Translations under genes and position numbers: made by a program
Source: Candidatus Saccharimonadota bacterium
GTDB taxonomy: Bacteria > Bacteroidota > Bacteroidia > Flavobacteriales > Blattabacteriaceae
Assembly (NCBI RefSeq): GCF_028673255.1
Contig: NZ_CP110504.1
Location: 90,001 to 122,000, forward strand
DNA: 32,000 nt
Direction: 5' to 3'
In this document: in pieces, positions 8,881-16,853 of the stretch
Layout: every line of letters starts with the position of its first letter
How positions within the stretch are numbered: the stretch's first letter is position 1
Notes under the pieces: generated by a model
What the model saw: only the letters and a program-made list of their open reading frames with translations
The model's database searches: none
What the model was told of the DNA's origin: nothing

Positions 8881-9196
8881 TTATTTTTACTATTGAAAGA
8901 ATTTTTATTTTAGTCATATTTTGACGATGTCCTTTTTTTAGTTTGTAACCTTTTCTTCTTTTTTTTTTAAAACAAATTTTTTTTTTTTCTTTATAATGAG
9001 ATATTACTTTTGCTAAAATATAAAGATTTTTCAAATAGGGATTTCCTATATTAAATTTTTCTTTATTTGAAAATAATAGAATTTTTTTTAATAAAATTTT
9101 TTGTCCTATTTTTTCAATTTTTATAAAAGGAATGTCTATATATTTGTATGGTTTTGCACAATATTGTTTTCCTAAAGCTTCAAAATAAGCTTTCAT
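8849..9196 (-). CDS. rplU: 50S ribosomal protein L21
   Basis: The ORF spans 8849..9211. The Met at 9194-9196 ([12 protein letters not shown]...) aligns best with the L21 start (M.aiie.gGKQYkv). [23 protein letters not shown] matches the L21 C-terminal signature. The 3' end overlaps rpmA by 32 nt. Confidence 0.85.
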   Translation of the reverse strand: MKAYFEALGKQYCAKPYKYIDIPFIKIEKIGQKILLKKILLFSNKEKFNIGNPYLKNLYILAKVISHYKEKKKICFKKKRRKGYKLKKGHRQNMTKIKILSIVKINGTQKGSRKF

Positions 9197-9220
9197 CAAA
9201 AAATAAAACATTTAGTCTTT

Positions 9221-9295
9221 TGGTCTCAGCTGGATTTGAACCAGCGACTTCTTGATTATGAGTCAAGTGCTCTAACCTAACTGAGCTATAAGACC
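9221..9295 (-). tRNA. tRNA with anticodon CAT: elongator Met or lysidine-dependent Ile2 (not an initiator)
   Basis: 75-nt cloverleaf with acceptor GGTCTTA/TGAGACC and anticodon loop CTCATAA. It lacks the three G-C pairs of an initiator anticodon stem. The variable and T arms (AAGTCGCTGGTTCAAATCCAGC) resemble E. coli ileX as I recall it. Confidence 0.8.
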
Positions 9296-9323
9296 TTTTA
9301 GGCCGAGGTCTCTAATTCTAGAT

Positions 9324-10664
9324 TTAAGTATAAATCTTGTTTATAGATCTTGGAAATGGGATAACCTCTTTTATATTTTTCATATTTGTAATGAATTGAA
9401 TTAAACGATCAAAACCTAATCCAAATCCACTGTGTGGAACAGTGCTAAATCTTCTTGTATTAATGTACCATTCTAATATTGTACGATTTAATTTAAAATA
9501 TTTCATTTGTGATAAGAGTATCTCGTATCTTTCTTCTCTTTGTGAACCACCAATTATTTCACCAACATTTGGAAAAATAATATCCATTGCAGCAACTGTT
9601 TGTTTATCTTTATTTTTTCTCATATAAAATGGTTTTATATCAATTGGATAATTAAAGATAATTATTGGGTATTTAAAATAACTTTCTACTAGAAATTTTT
9701 CATGTTCATAATTTAGATCTTGTCCCCATTTCATATCATATCCATTTTGAATTAGAATTCTAATTACTTTTGAATAATGTATTCTTTTAAATTCTTTAGT
9801 TAAGATTTTATTTAAATTATTAACTATAATATTTTTTTTATCTAAAAGTTCTATATCATCTTTAGATAATATCATAATATTTTTAATAATATATTTTATG
9901 AATTCTTCTGCTAAAAACATATTATTTTTTAAATTAAAAAAAGCTATTTCTGGTTCCACCATCCAAAATTCTGCTAAATGCCTAGGAGTTTTGGATTTTT
10001 CTGCTCTAAAAGTAGGACCAAAAGTATAAATTTTTCTTAATCCTAAAGCAGCAGCTTCAGCGTGCATTTGTCCAGAAACTGTCAAATATGCGTTTTCTCC
10101 AAAAAAATCTGAATTAAAATCATTTGTTTTTAAATTTAAATTTGTAACTTTAAAAAGATTACTAGAGCCTTCTGTGTCATAATTTGTTATTATTGGTGTA
10201 TGAATATAATAAAACCCATTTTTGTGAAAATATTTATGAATTAGGTATGATACATTATGTCTAATACGCATTATTGAACTAAAAAAGTTTGTTCTAAATC
10301 TTAAATAAGATTGTTCTCGCAATTTTTTATAACTATGTTTTTTCGGCTGTAATATGGTTTTTTGTAAATCTTTATACTTGAAAATTCCATAAATTTTTAT
10401 ATTGTTTGCTAATAATTCAATATTTTGTTTTTTTCCTTTACTTAAAACTATTCTACCTTTTAGTTTTAAATAAACACCTAGATTTATAGATTTGTCTTCT
10501 TTTTCTAGAATTATTTGTAAATTTTTTCTTGTTGAACCATCGTTTATTATAACAAACGTTTTTAATTTATTTGTTCTTTTGTGTTTGACCCAACCTTTTA
10601 CTACTATTTTTTTATTTATTAATATTGTATTTTGTTTGAAAATTTGTTTTATTGTATTGCACAT
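9324..10664 (-). CDS. asnS: Asparaginyl-tRNA synthetase
   Basis: 446 aa class IIb enzyme. It has an N-terminal OB fold (VKGWVKHKR) and FRAEKSKTPRHLAEFWMVEPE (motif 2). The C-terminus GFGLGFDRLIQF...PFPR (motif 3) is typical of AsnRS. Confidence 0.92.
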   Translation of the reverse strand: MCNTIKQIFKQNTILINKKIVVKGWVKHKRTNKLKTFVIINDGSTRKNLQIILEKEDKSINLGVYLKLKGRIVLSKGKKQNIELLANNIKIYGIFKYKDLQKTILQPKKHSYKKLREQSYLRFRTNFFSSIMRIRHNVSYLIHKYFHKNGFYYIHTPIITNYDTEGSSNLFKVTNLNLKTNDFNSDFFGENAYLTVSGQMHAEAAALGLRKIYTFGPTFRAEKSKTPRHLAEFWMVEPEIAFFNLKNNMFLAEEFIKYIIKNIMILSKDDIELLDKKNIIVNNLNKILTKEFKRIHYSKVIRILIQNGYDMKWGQDLNYEHEKFLVESYFKYPIIIFNYPIDIKPFYMRKNKDKQTVAAMDIIFPNVGEIIGGSQREERYEILLSQMKYFKLNRTILEWYINTRRFSTVPHSGFGLGFDRLIQFITNMKNIKEVIPFPRSINKIYT

Positions 10665-10668
10665 TTTA

Positions 10669-11238
10669 TTAAATTTTTATTATTTCTTTATTTTTTTTAT
10701 TAAAGATATTTTCTATTAAACATATATATTCTCTTGTTACTGTATTTATATGTTTCTTATATCTATTGAAAGTATCTATATCTATTATGTTTAATTTAAT
10801 TATTTTATTGTATTCTTTTCTTATATTTCTTAATCTAATTTTTGCTTTTTCTAATTTGATATTATTAATTCTAAGTATTTCTTTTCTCCTTTCTTCTGTT
10901 AAATTTGGAAGTACAATTTTTAGAATCTTTCCAGTATTAATTGTAACTAGTCCAATTTTTGATTTAAGTATACTTTTTTCTATTAATGGTAAAATATTGG
11001 CTTCCCATGGTTTAATTAATATCGTATTTCTATTGTTTACTGTTATGCTGGCAATATGATATAAATTAATTTTCTTATCCGAATATTCTACGGTAAGATC
11101 ATCTAAAATATCCGTATTGGCTTTTCCTATTCTAATTTTTGAAACAAATTTTTTAAAATAATTTAATATTTTATTCATTCTATCCTTCATTTGTTTTAAT
11201 AATAATTCTTTCTTTTGGTTTTGTATTAGCATTTTCAA
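10669..11238 (-). CDS. frr: Ribosome recycling factor
   Basis: 189 aa. FKKFVSKIRIGKANTDILDDLTVEY...LYHIASITV aligns with the RRF N-terminal region (f...l.kiRtGrA.p.lLd.i.veyyG...pl.qlA.it). Confidence 0.88.
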   Translation of the reverse strand: MKMLIQNQKKELLLKQMKDRMNKILNYFKKFVSKIRIGKANTDILDDLTVEYSDKKINLYHIASITVNNRNTILIKPWEANILPLIEKSILKSKIGLVTINTGKILKIVLPNLTEERRKEILRINNIKLEKAKIRLRNIRKEYNKIIKLNIIDIDTFNRYKKHINTVTREYICLIENIFNKKNKEIIKI

Positions 11239-11299
11239 TACTTTTATTCTAACTAAATAGTTAAAAAAATTTTAATATTATTTACAAACATTCTATTCC

Positions 11300-12247
11300 A
11301 TGGATAATCTCTTGACAGGTATTAAAAGTACAGGACGACCTCATCTAGGACATGTTATAGGTATTATTTCTCCTACTATATTCTTGATTAATAAGGAAAT
11401 GTTTCAGAAACAGTTTATATTAATTGCTAATCTTCATACTCTTACTAATTATAATTTTATTAAAAATAACAAAAAAAATAGTTACAAAATTTTAGCAGCT
11501 TGGTTAGCTTGTGGTCTAGATTATAAAAAAGTTATTTGTTACAGACAATCGGATATACCAGAAATTACTGAATTATTATGGTTTTTTAGTGCTATCTTTC
11601 CATATAATAGATTAAAATTAGTACATTCATTTAAAGAATATAAAACAAATAATAAAATAATTAATACTGCAACATTAACATATCCAATTTTAATGGCAGC
11701 AGATATATTAATAAGTAAAGCTGAAATAATTTTAGTTGGAAAAGATCAACTACAACATTTAGAAATAGCTAGAAAAATAGCTAAAAAAATAAATCAAATA
11801 AAAAGAATATTTACTATTCCTAAAGCAAAAATATTTACAAAGTTGATAAAAGGAACAGATGGAAAAAAAATGAGTAAATCTAAAAAGAATATTATAGATA
11901 TTTTTTCAAAAAAGAAACAAATAAAGAAACAAATTTTTAAAATTAAAACCCAAAACAAGTTTTTAAATGAAGAAAATAAATTATTAACAGATAATTTATA
12001 CAATATTTATCTTAATTTTGCAGGTTCAAAAAAAATTAAAAATAAATTGAATGTTGGTTATCAACATGCGAAGGAAGAATTTTATAGTTTCTTAATAAGT
12101 AAATTTAAAAAAGAACGTAAGTTATATAAATATTACATTAACAAAAAAAGTAAATTAGAAAAAATATTTAAAATAGGTGCTACAAAAATGAAAGAAATAA
12201 TTCAACCAACCATGAAACAAGTTCGCAATGTTTTTGATTGTTCTTAA
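11300..12247 (+). CDS. trpS: Tryptophanyl-tRNA synthetase
   Basis: 315 aa. It has TGIKSTGRPHLGHVIG (HIGH), GKDQLQHLEIARKIA and KMSKSKKN (KMSKS). Confidence 0.92.
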   Translation: MDNLLTGIKSTGRPHLGHVIGIISPTIFLINKEMFQKQFILIANLHTLTNYNFIKNNKKNSYKILAAWLACGLDYKKVICYRQSDIPEITELLWFFSAIFPYNRLKLVHSFKEYKTNNKIINTATLTYPILMAADILISKAEIILVGKDQLQHLEIARKIAKKINQIKRIFTIPKAKIFTKLIKGTDGKKMSKSKKNIIDIFSKKKQIKKQIFKIKTQNKFLNEENKLLTDNLYNIYLNFAGSKKIKNKLNVGYQHAKEEFYSFLISKFKKERKLYKYYINKKSKLEKIFKIGATKMKEIIQPTMKQVRNVFDCS

Positions 12248-12449
12248 TCAAGATACTCATGCTCTATTTTGAGTAATTTTTATACAGTATATAATTCACA
12301 TTTAGAATTTATTAATCATTTTGGTTGTGAGAGCAGCATGAAATTAAGTTTCTTATTAACGCAATTACAAGAAATAAAATTCAAGTTAGTCAATTTGCTT
12401 TATTTTAAATAATAAATAAAATTAAATTCTTATTTAAGAATAAATCTTT

Positions 12450-12539
12450 ATGCCAAGTGGGAAAAAAAGAAAACGAAAAAAAATAGCAACACATAAAAGA
12501 AAGAAAAAAAAACGAAAAAATAGACACAAGAAAAAATAA
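12450..12539 (+). CDS. 29-aa lysine/arginine-rich micro-ORF, bS22-like small ribosomal protein (below the ORF-track cutoff)
   Basis: My translation is MPSGKKRKRKKIATHKRKKKKRKNRHKKK-stop. As I recall, the pattern MPSGKKRKR.K.ATHKRKK...NRHKK matches the conserved tiny basic protein of Bacteroidota, related to mycobacterial bS22 and the AURKAIP1/mS38 family. Confidence 0.6.
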   Translation: MPSGKKRKRKKIATHKRKKKKRKNRHKKK

Positions 12540-12550
12540 AGATATTTTTG

Positions 12551-12634
12551 GCGGATATGGTGGAATTGGTATACACGCTAGATTTAGGATCTAGTATCTA
12601 TAAAGATATAAGGGTTCAAATCCCTTTATCCGCA
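12551..12634 (+). tRNA. tRNA-Leu (TAG), class II with long variable arm
   Basis: 84 nt. The acceptor is GCGGATA/TATCCGC, the anticodon stem-loop CTAGA-TTTAGGA-TCTAG, the variable arm TATCTATAAAGATATAA and the T-loop TTCAAAT. Confidence 0.88.
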
Positions 12635-12649
12635 CTAATTATAGAAATT

Positions 12650-12731
12650 ACCTGGATGCCGGAATGGTATACGAGCTGAACTCAAAATTCAGTGATTCTA
12701 AATCATGTGGGTTCAAATCCCACTCCAGGTA
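12650..12731 (+). tRNA. tRNA-Leu (CAA), class II
   Basis: 82 nt. The acceptor is ACCTGGA/TCCAGGT (A1-U72), the anticodon stem-loop CTGAA-CTCAAAA-TTCAG and the T arm GTGGG-TTCAAAT-CCCAC, with a long variable arm. The D stem is weak (2 bp plus a mismatch). Confidence 0.8.
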
Positions 12732-12750
12732 TTGCTATTTACTAAGTAAC

Positions 12751-12885
12751 ATGAAAAGAACTTACAATCCATCAAAAATAAAAAGAAGAAGAAAACTTGG
12801 TTTTAGAGTTTTAAGAAAACAAAAACAATATAAAAACAAAAGAAACAATTCTTTATTAAGAAAACGAAAAATTCTTATTAAATAA
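12751..12885 (+). CDS. rpmH: 50S ribosomal protein L34
   Basis: The internal Met of ORF 12664..12885 gives MKRTYNPSKIKRRRKLGFRV..., matching the L34 consensus MKRT.QPS...R.R.HGFR. The upstream part of that ORF overlaps tRNA-Leu(CAA) and is not coding. Confidence 0.92.
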   Translation: MKRTYNPSKIKRRRKLGFRVLRKQKQYKNKRNNSLLRKRKILIK

Positions 12886-13620
12886 TATCTTATTCATTTT
12901 CTTATTTTCTTTGTATGCTAAATCATAATCAATTAGTATTTTTCCACTTTGTTCATCTATTATTAGATTCTTTCTTTCTAATAAATTAGAATATTTTATT
13001 TTACTAATTAAGATATAATTTCCTACTGGTATTTGCTTATATATCGGTACAACCGCTAAACTGTTAGTTGAAATAATAATTTTATATCTTTTATACAAGA
13101 CCTTATTCAGTTTGTTTTTAATTTTTTTATAAATACTACGTAATTCATTAGTTTTATTATTTATTTCTGTATATTTTGTATTATAATATATGAATTTTAA
13201 TTTAAATTTGATTTTTTGTTGTTTTATAAATTTTCTTATATTTTTAATTTTATTTTTAATCAAAATAATTCTTTTCTTTTCTTTTAAAAATTTTCTTTTT
13301 TTTATAATAAAATCCATCGTGTAATATTCTATACTCATAAATAAATGAGTTGGATTTTCTTTTTTAATGCTTTCTAATGTTAAAAGTTTTATAATCTTTT
13401 GTTTCTGTGTTTTTAATTTCTTATATTTTCTGAAATCATTTTTTTTAATTTTAATCTTTTTAAGGAGTTTAATCAAATATTTGTTTTTCTTGATTAAAAA
13501 ACAATTAAATCTTATAATAAATTTCTTAAATCTATTTCTTAGAAAAGTTAAATAGTTATAACGTAAATCAATTAATTGTAATCTATATAGATATCTTAAC
13601 TGTGATTCCATCGTTGCCAT
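12856..13620 (-). CDS. Conserved coiled-coil protein of unknown function (COG1579/DUF164-like), lacking zinc-ribbon cysteines
   Basis: 254 aa and K-rich. The N-terminus QLRYLYRLQLIDLRYNYL resembles the family start (L..L..LQ.iD..i..l). The C-terminus LAVVPIYKQIPVGNYILIS...NLIIDEQSGKILID resembles the region that carries CxxC pairs in homologues as I recall them. There are no Cys at those positions here. Confidence 0.45.
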   Translation of the reverse strand: MATMESQLRYLYRLQLIDLRYNYLTFLRNRFKKFIIRFNCFLIKKNKYLIKLLKKIKIKKNDFRKYKKLKTQKQKIIKLLTLESIKKENPTHLFMSIEYYTMDFIIKKRKFLKEKKRIILIKNKIKNIRKFIKQQKIKFKLKFIYYNTKYTEINNKTNELRSIYKKIKNKLNKVLYKRYKIIISTNSLAVVPIYKQIPVGNYILISKIKYSNLLERKNLIIDEQSGKILIDYDLAYKENKKMNKILFNKNFSFS

Positions 13621-13664
13621 AGTTCTAAACTTTAGAAGTTTTTAGCATCTTATTTTTATTTTTT

Positions 13665-14510
13665 ATGAATTTTAATAAGAAACCAATATGGTTAAAAGTT
13701 ATACTAAATATTGGTGATAAGTATTCTAAAATCAATAACTTGTTAGTAACAGCAAGTTTAAATACAATTTGCCAAAGAAGTGATTGTCCTAATATTGGAA
13801 ATTGTTGGAAACATGGAGTTTTAAGCTTTCTTTTACTAGGAAATATATGTACTAGGTCTTGCCATTTTTGTTCAATAAAAACTGGAAAACCTAAACAATT
13901 GAATTTATTAGAACCTTATAAAATTGCCAACACAATAAAAAAAATTAAAATAAAACATGTTGTCTTAACATCCGTCAATAGAGATGATTTAAAAGATTTA
14001 GGTATAACCTTATGGTTGAAGACCATAAGAGAAATAAAAAAAATATCTACTTCTACTATAGAAACCTTGATTCCAGATTTTAAAGGGCAACAAAAGCCAA
14101 TATCTCTACTTATTAAAGAAAAACCAGAACTTATTTCTCATAATATAGAAACTGTACCTAGATTATTAAAACAAGTACGTAGTACAGCTAAATATGAGAG
14201 AAGCTTGTCACTTTTAAAATATATAAAAAAAAAATGTGACATAAGAACTAAAACAGGTCTTATGCTAGGATTAGGGGAAACTGAAGTAGAAATACTAAAT
14301 ACTTTGAAAGATATTAGAAAAGCGAATATAGATATATTAACTCTAGGTCAATACCTCTCACCAAGTTTCAAACATTACGAAGTTCAAAACTTTATTAATA
14401 ACAAAAAATTTAAATATTACAAAAACATAGCATTGAATATGGGTTTTTTCTTTGTAGAAAGCAATCCATTAGTTAGAAGTTCTTATAATGCCTATAAACA
14501 TATTCGTTAA
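13665..14510 (+). CDS. lipA: Lipoyl synthase
   Basis: 281 aa. It has CPNIGNCW (auxiliary-cluster Cys), CTRSCHFCSI (the radical-SAM CxxxCxxC) and a C-terminal RSSY. Confidence 0.93.
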   Translation: MNFNKKPIWLKVILNIGDKYSKINNLLVTASLNTICQRSDCPNIGNCWKHGVLSFLLLGNICTRSCHFCSIKTGKPKQLNLLEPYKIANTIKKIKIKHVVLTSVNRDDLKDLGITLWLKTIREIKKISTSTIETLIPDFKGQQKPISLLIKEKPELISHNIETVPRLLKQVRSTAKYERSLSLLKYIKKKCDIRTKTGLMLGLGETEVEILNTLKDIRKANIDILTLGQYLSPSFKHYEVQNFINNKKFKYYKNIALNMGFFFVESNPLVRSSYNAYKHIR

Positions 14511-14523
14511 CATAGCAATTTCT

Positions 14524-15453
14524 TCATTCTTCTAATAATTGTGCAATCATTTTTTTTATTTTTAATGACGAAGTCTTCAAGTTCTTACGTTCTTCTTTAT
14601 TAAGTTGTAATTCAAGAATCTTTTCTATACCATTTTTTCCTAAAATAACAGGTACACCTAAAAAAACATTATTTAATCCATATTCTCCCGTTAGATAACA
14701 GCTACAAGTAATAATATTTTTGGAATTTTTAATTATTGCTTCAACCATATTTGCAATTGCTATTCCTGGAGTATACCAAGCTGATGTTTTTAACATATTT
14801 AATATTTCACCACCAGTTTGTTTGGTTTTCTGAATTATAAAATTTATATTGCTTTTGCTTAATAATTCACCAAGAGGTATTCCAGATACAGTTGTATAGC
14901 GTAGTAAAGGAATCATTGTATCTCCATGTTCACCTATCAGCATGGATTGTATATCTTTAGGATTGCATTTTAACGCTGTCGCAATATAAGAATTATAACG
15001 AGCAGTGTCTAGAAGTCCACTCATACCAAAAATCTTAAATCTGCTAATATTTAATTCTTTAAAAGCTACATAAGTCATAATATCTAATGGATTTGACACG
15101 ATAATGAATAATGCATTTTTAGAGTATTTTAAGAACTTATTAGTTACTTCCTTTATTATCACAGCATTTTTAGTTATTAATTGATCACGAGTCATTCCTG
15201 TATTTCTTATGAAACCTGAAGTAATAATACAGATTTTGGAATTTTTAGTCTTTATATACTCCTTATTTCCAAGACCAATAACTTTTGTATTAGTTGTCAA
15301 TAATTGTGAAGAATTCCATATATCTAAAGCTTTTCCCATGGCTTTTTCTTTGCTAATATCTAACAAAAGAATCTTAGTAACTATATTTTTAGCAGCTATA
15401 AAACTTGCACAGGTTCCACCCACATTTCCAGCACCTACAATAGTAATTTTCAT
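14524..15453 (-). CDS. mdh: Malate dehydrogenase (LDH-like family)
   Basis: 309 aa. It has MKITIVGAGNVGGTCA (Rossmann fold), GMTRDQL, IVSNPLD and GEHGDTMIP. Confidence 0.9.
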   Translation of the reverse strand: MKITIVGAGNVGGTCASFIAAKNIVTKILLLDISKEKAMGKALDIWNSSQLLTTNTKVIGLGNKEYIKTKNSKICIITSGFIRNTGMTRDQLITKNAVIIKEVTNKFLKYSKNALFIIVSNPLDIMTYVAFKELNISRFKIFGMSGLLDTARYNSYIATALKCNPKDIQSMLIGEHGDTMIPLLRYTTVSGIPLGELLSKSNINFIIQKTKQTGGEILNMLKTSAWYTPGIAIANMVEAIIKNSKNIITCSCYLTGEYGLNNVFLGVPVILGKNGIEKILELQLNKEERKNLKTSSLKIKKMIAQLLEE

Positions 15454-15506
15454 AATCGGTTATATTTTATTAATATTAACAATTACATCTTAACTTAGTA
15501 TTAACT

Positions 15507-16853
15507 ATGAAGAAAATAATTTCTATAGTTGGCCATACAAATGTTGGTAAATCTACACTTTTTAATTATTTAGTAGGATACCGTAAAGCAATTACTGATT
15601 ATACTCATGGAGTAACAAGAGATAGAATATATTGTGAATGTAAATGGAGAGGAAATAATTTTACTTTGATAGATTCTGGAGGATATGTTTTTGGAACTAA
15701 AGAATTAGAAAAAAAAATTATAGAACAATTTTTATTAGCTATAGAAGAAGCTTCTGATATTATTTTTATATTAGATATTTTATCTGGAATATTGCCCATT
15801 GATTATAAAATTTGTAATATCTTACAACGATCAAAAAAAAAAGTTTTTATTGCTATAAATAAAATAGACAAATATAAATATACTATTTTTGATATAAAAG
15901 AAGTTTTTAACTTAGGATTTAAGTATTTTTTTTTTATATCTTCTTTAAATGGAATAGGTATTAACGAATTATTAGATTCTATTTTTGTAGATGCGAATGA
16001 GAGCTATAAAAACGTTATTAATTATAATTTAAGTATTCTTCCTAGAATTACTATCGTAGGAAGGAAAAATGTAGGAAAGTCTTCTTTAATAAATACATTA
16101 TTGAATAAGAAACAACGTATTGTTTGTGATCAGCCTGGTACTACTAGAGATGGAATAGAAGTATTTTATAAGAAATTTAATTTTAAATGTATTTTGATAG
16201 ATACTGCAGGATTTCTCAAAAATAAAATCAAGTCTGAATATATAGAATACTTTTCTTTTCTTAGAACTACTAAATTTATTTCTAGTTCTGACTTATGTTT
16301 TTTTATGCTTGATGTTAAAATTGGCTTTAACAAACAAGATTTAAAGGTTTTTAATTTTATTAAAAAAAAAATAATTTCTATTATAATTTTGATTAATAAA
16401 TGCGATTTAATAAAAGAAAAAAATGAATTACAAAAATTAAAAAATAATATTTTAAAAAAAATATATCCTTTTACAGATGTTCCTATATATTTTATATCCA
16501 ATTATACAAAAAAAAATATTATTAAAGCTTTTAAAAAAGGTATAAACATAATTAATAAGCAAAAAAAAAATATAAGTACCAGTTCTTTTAAGAAAATTAT
16601 GCTTACGATAATAGAAAGAAATCAGTTTAGAAATAGAAACAAATTTGCTATAAAGTATTGCGTTCCAATTTTTAAAAAAGGAATTAATCAATTCATTTTT
16701 TTTAGTAAGAATCCGAACCTTATACCTAGTTCTTATAAAAGATTTTTGGAAAAAAAAATAAGAGAAAATTTTGATTTAGTTGGAATTCCTATAAAAATTA
16801 AATTGCTAAAGATGTCGAAATTAAAAAAAAAGAATATTCTTCTGTATGAATAA
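15507..16853 (+). CDS. der: Ribosome-associated GTPase Der (EngA), double G-domain
   Basis: 448 aa with two P-loops, IVGHTNVGKSTLFN and IVGRKNVGKSSLIN. It also has two DxxG motifs (DSGG, DTAG) and NKxD motifs (NKID, NKCD). Confidence 0.92.
   Translation: MKKIISIVGHTNVGKSTLFNYLVGYRKAITDYTHGVTRDRIYCECKWRGNNFTLIDSGGYVFGTKELEKKIIEQFLLAIEEASDIIFILDILSGILPIDYKICNILQRSKKKVFIAINKIDKYKYTIFDIKEVFNLGFKYFFFISSLNGIGINELLDSIFVDANESYKNVINYNLSILPRITIVGRKNVGKSSLINTLLNKKQRIVCDQPGTTRDGIEVFYKKFNFKCILIDTAGFLKNKIKSEYIEYFSFLRTTKFISSSDLCFFMLDVKIGFNKQDLKVFNFIKKKIISIIILINKCDLIKEKNELQKLKNNILKKIYPFTDVPIYFISNYTKKNIIKAFKKGINIINKQKKNISTSSFKKIMLTIIERNQFRNRNKFAIKYCVPIFKKGINQFIFFSKNPNLIPSSYKRFLEKKIRENFDLVGIPIKIKLLKMSKLKKKNILLYE

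Noticed and set aside
12321-12340. Possible degenerate SRP (4.5S) RNA helix-8 apex: a GNRA-like GTGA loop followed by AGCAGC
   Set aside because: The AGCAGC follows the putative tetraloop after only one nucleotide. There is no 3-bp closing stem, and the conserved 5'-side partner (GGUCC-like) is absent. The flanking pairing is AT-rich and could be chance. The region is kept only as an unassigned spacer to test with a covariance model.
12338-12412. 24-codon ORF MKLSFLLTQLQEIKFKLVNLLYFK in the trpS downstream spacer
   Set aside because: It has no recognisable family and no evidence of a translation signal, and it is short enough to arise by chance. It is mentioned only within the spacer finding.
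12543-12550. TATTTTTG, an exact match to the Bacteroidota -7 promoter consensus TAnnTTTG, directly upstream of tRNA-Leu(TAG)
   Set aside because: It ends 1 nt before the mature tRNA 5' end, so the predicted transcription start would fall inside the tRNA. In this composition such 8-mers occur by chance. I could not support any promoter call in the window.
12664-12750. N-terminal 29 codons of the track ORF 12664-12885
   Set aside because: This part overlaps tRNA-Leu(CAA). The L34 consensus begins exactly at the internal Met at 12751.
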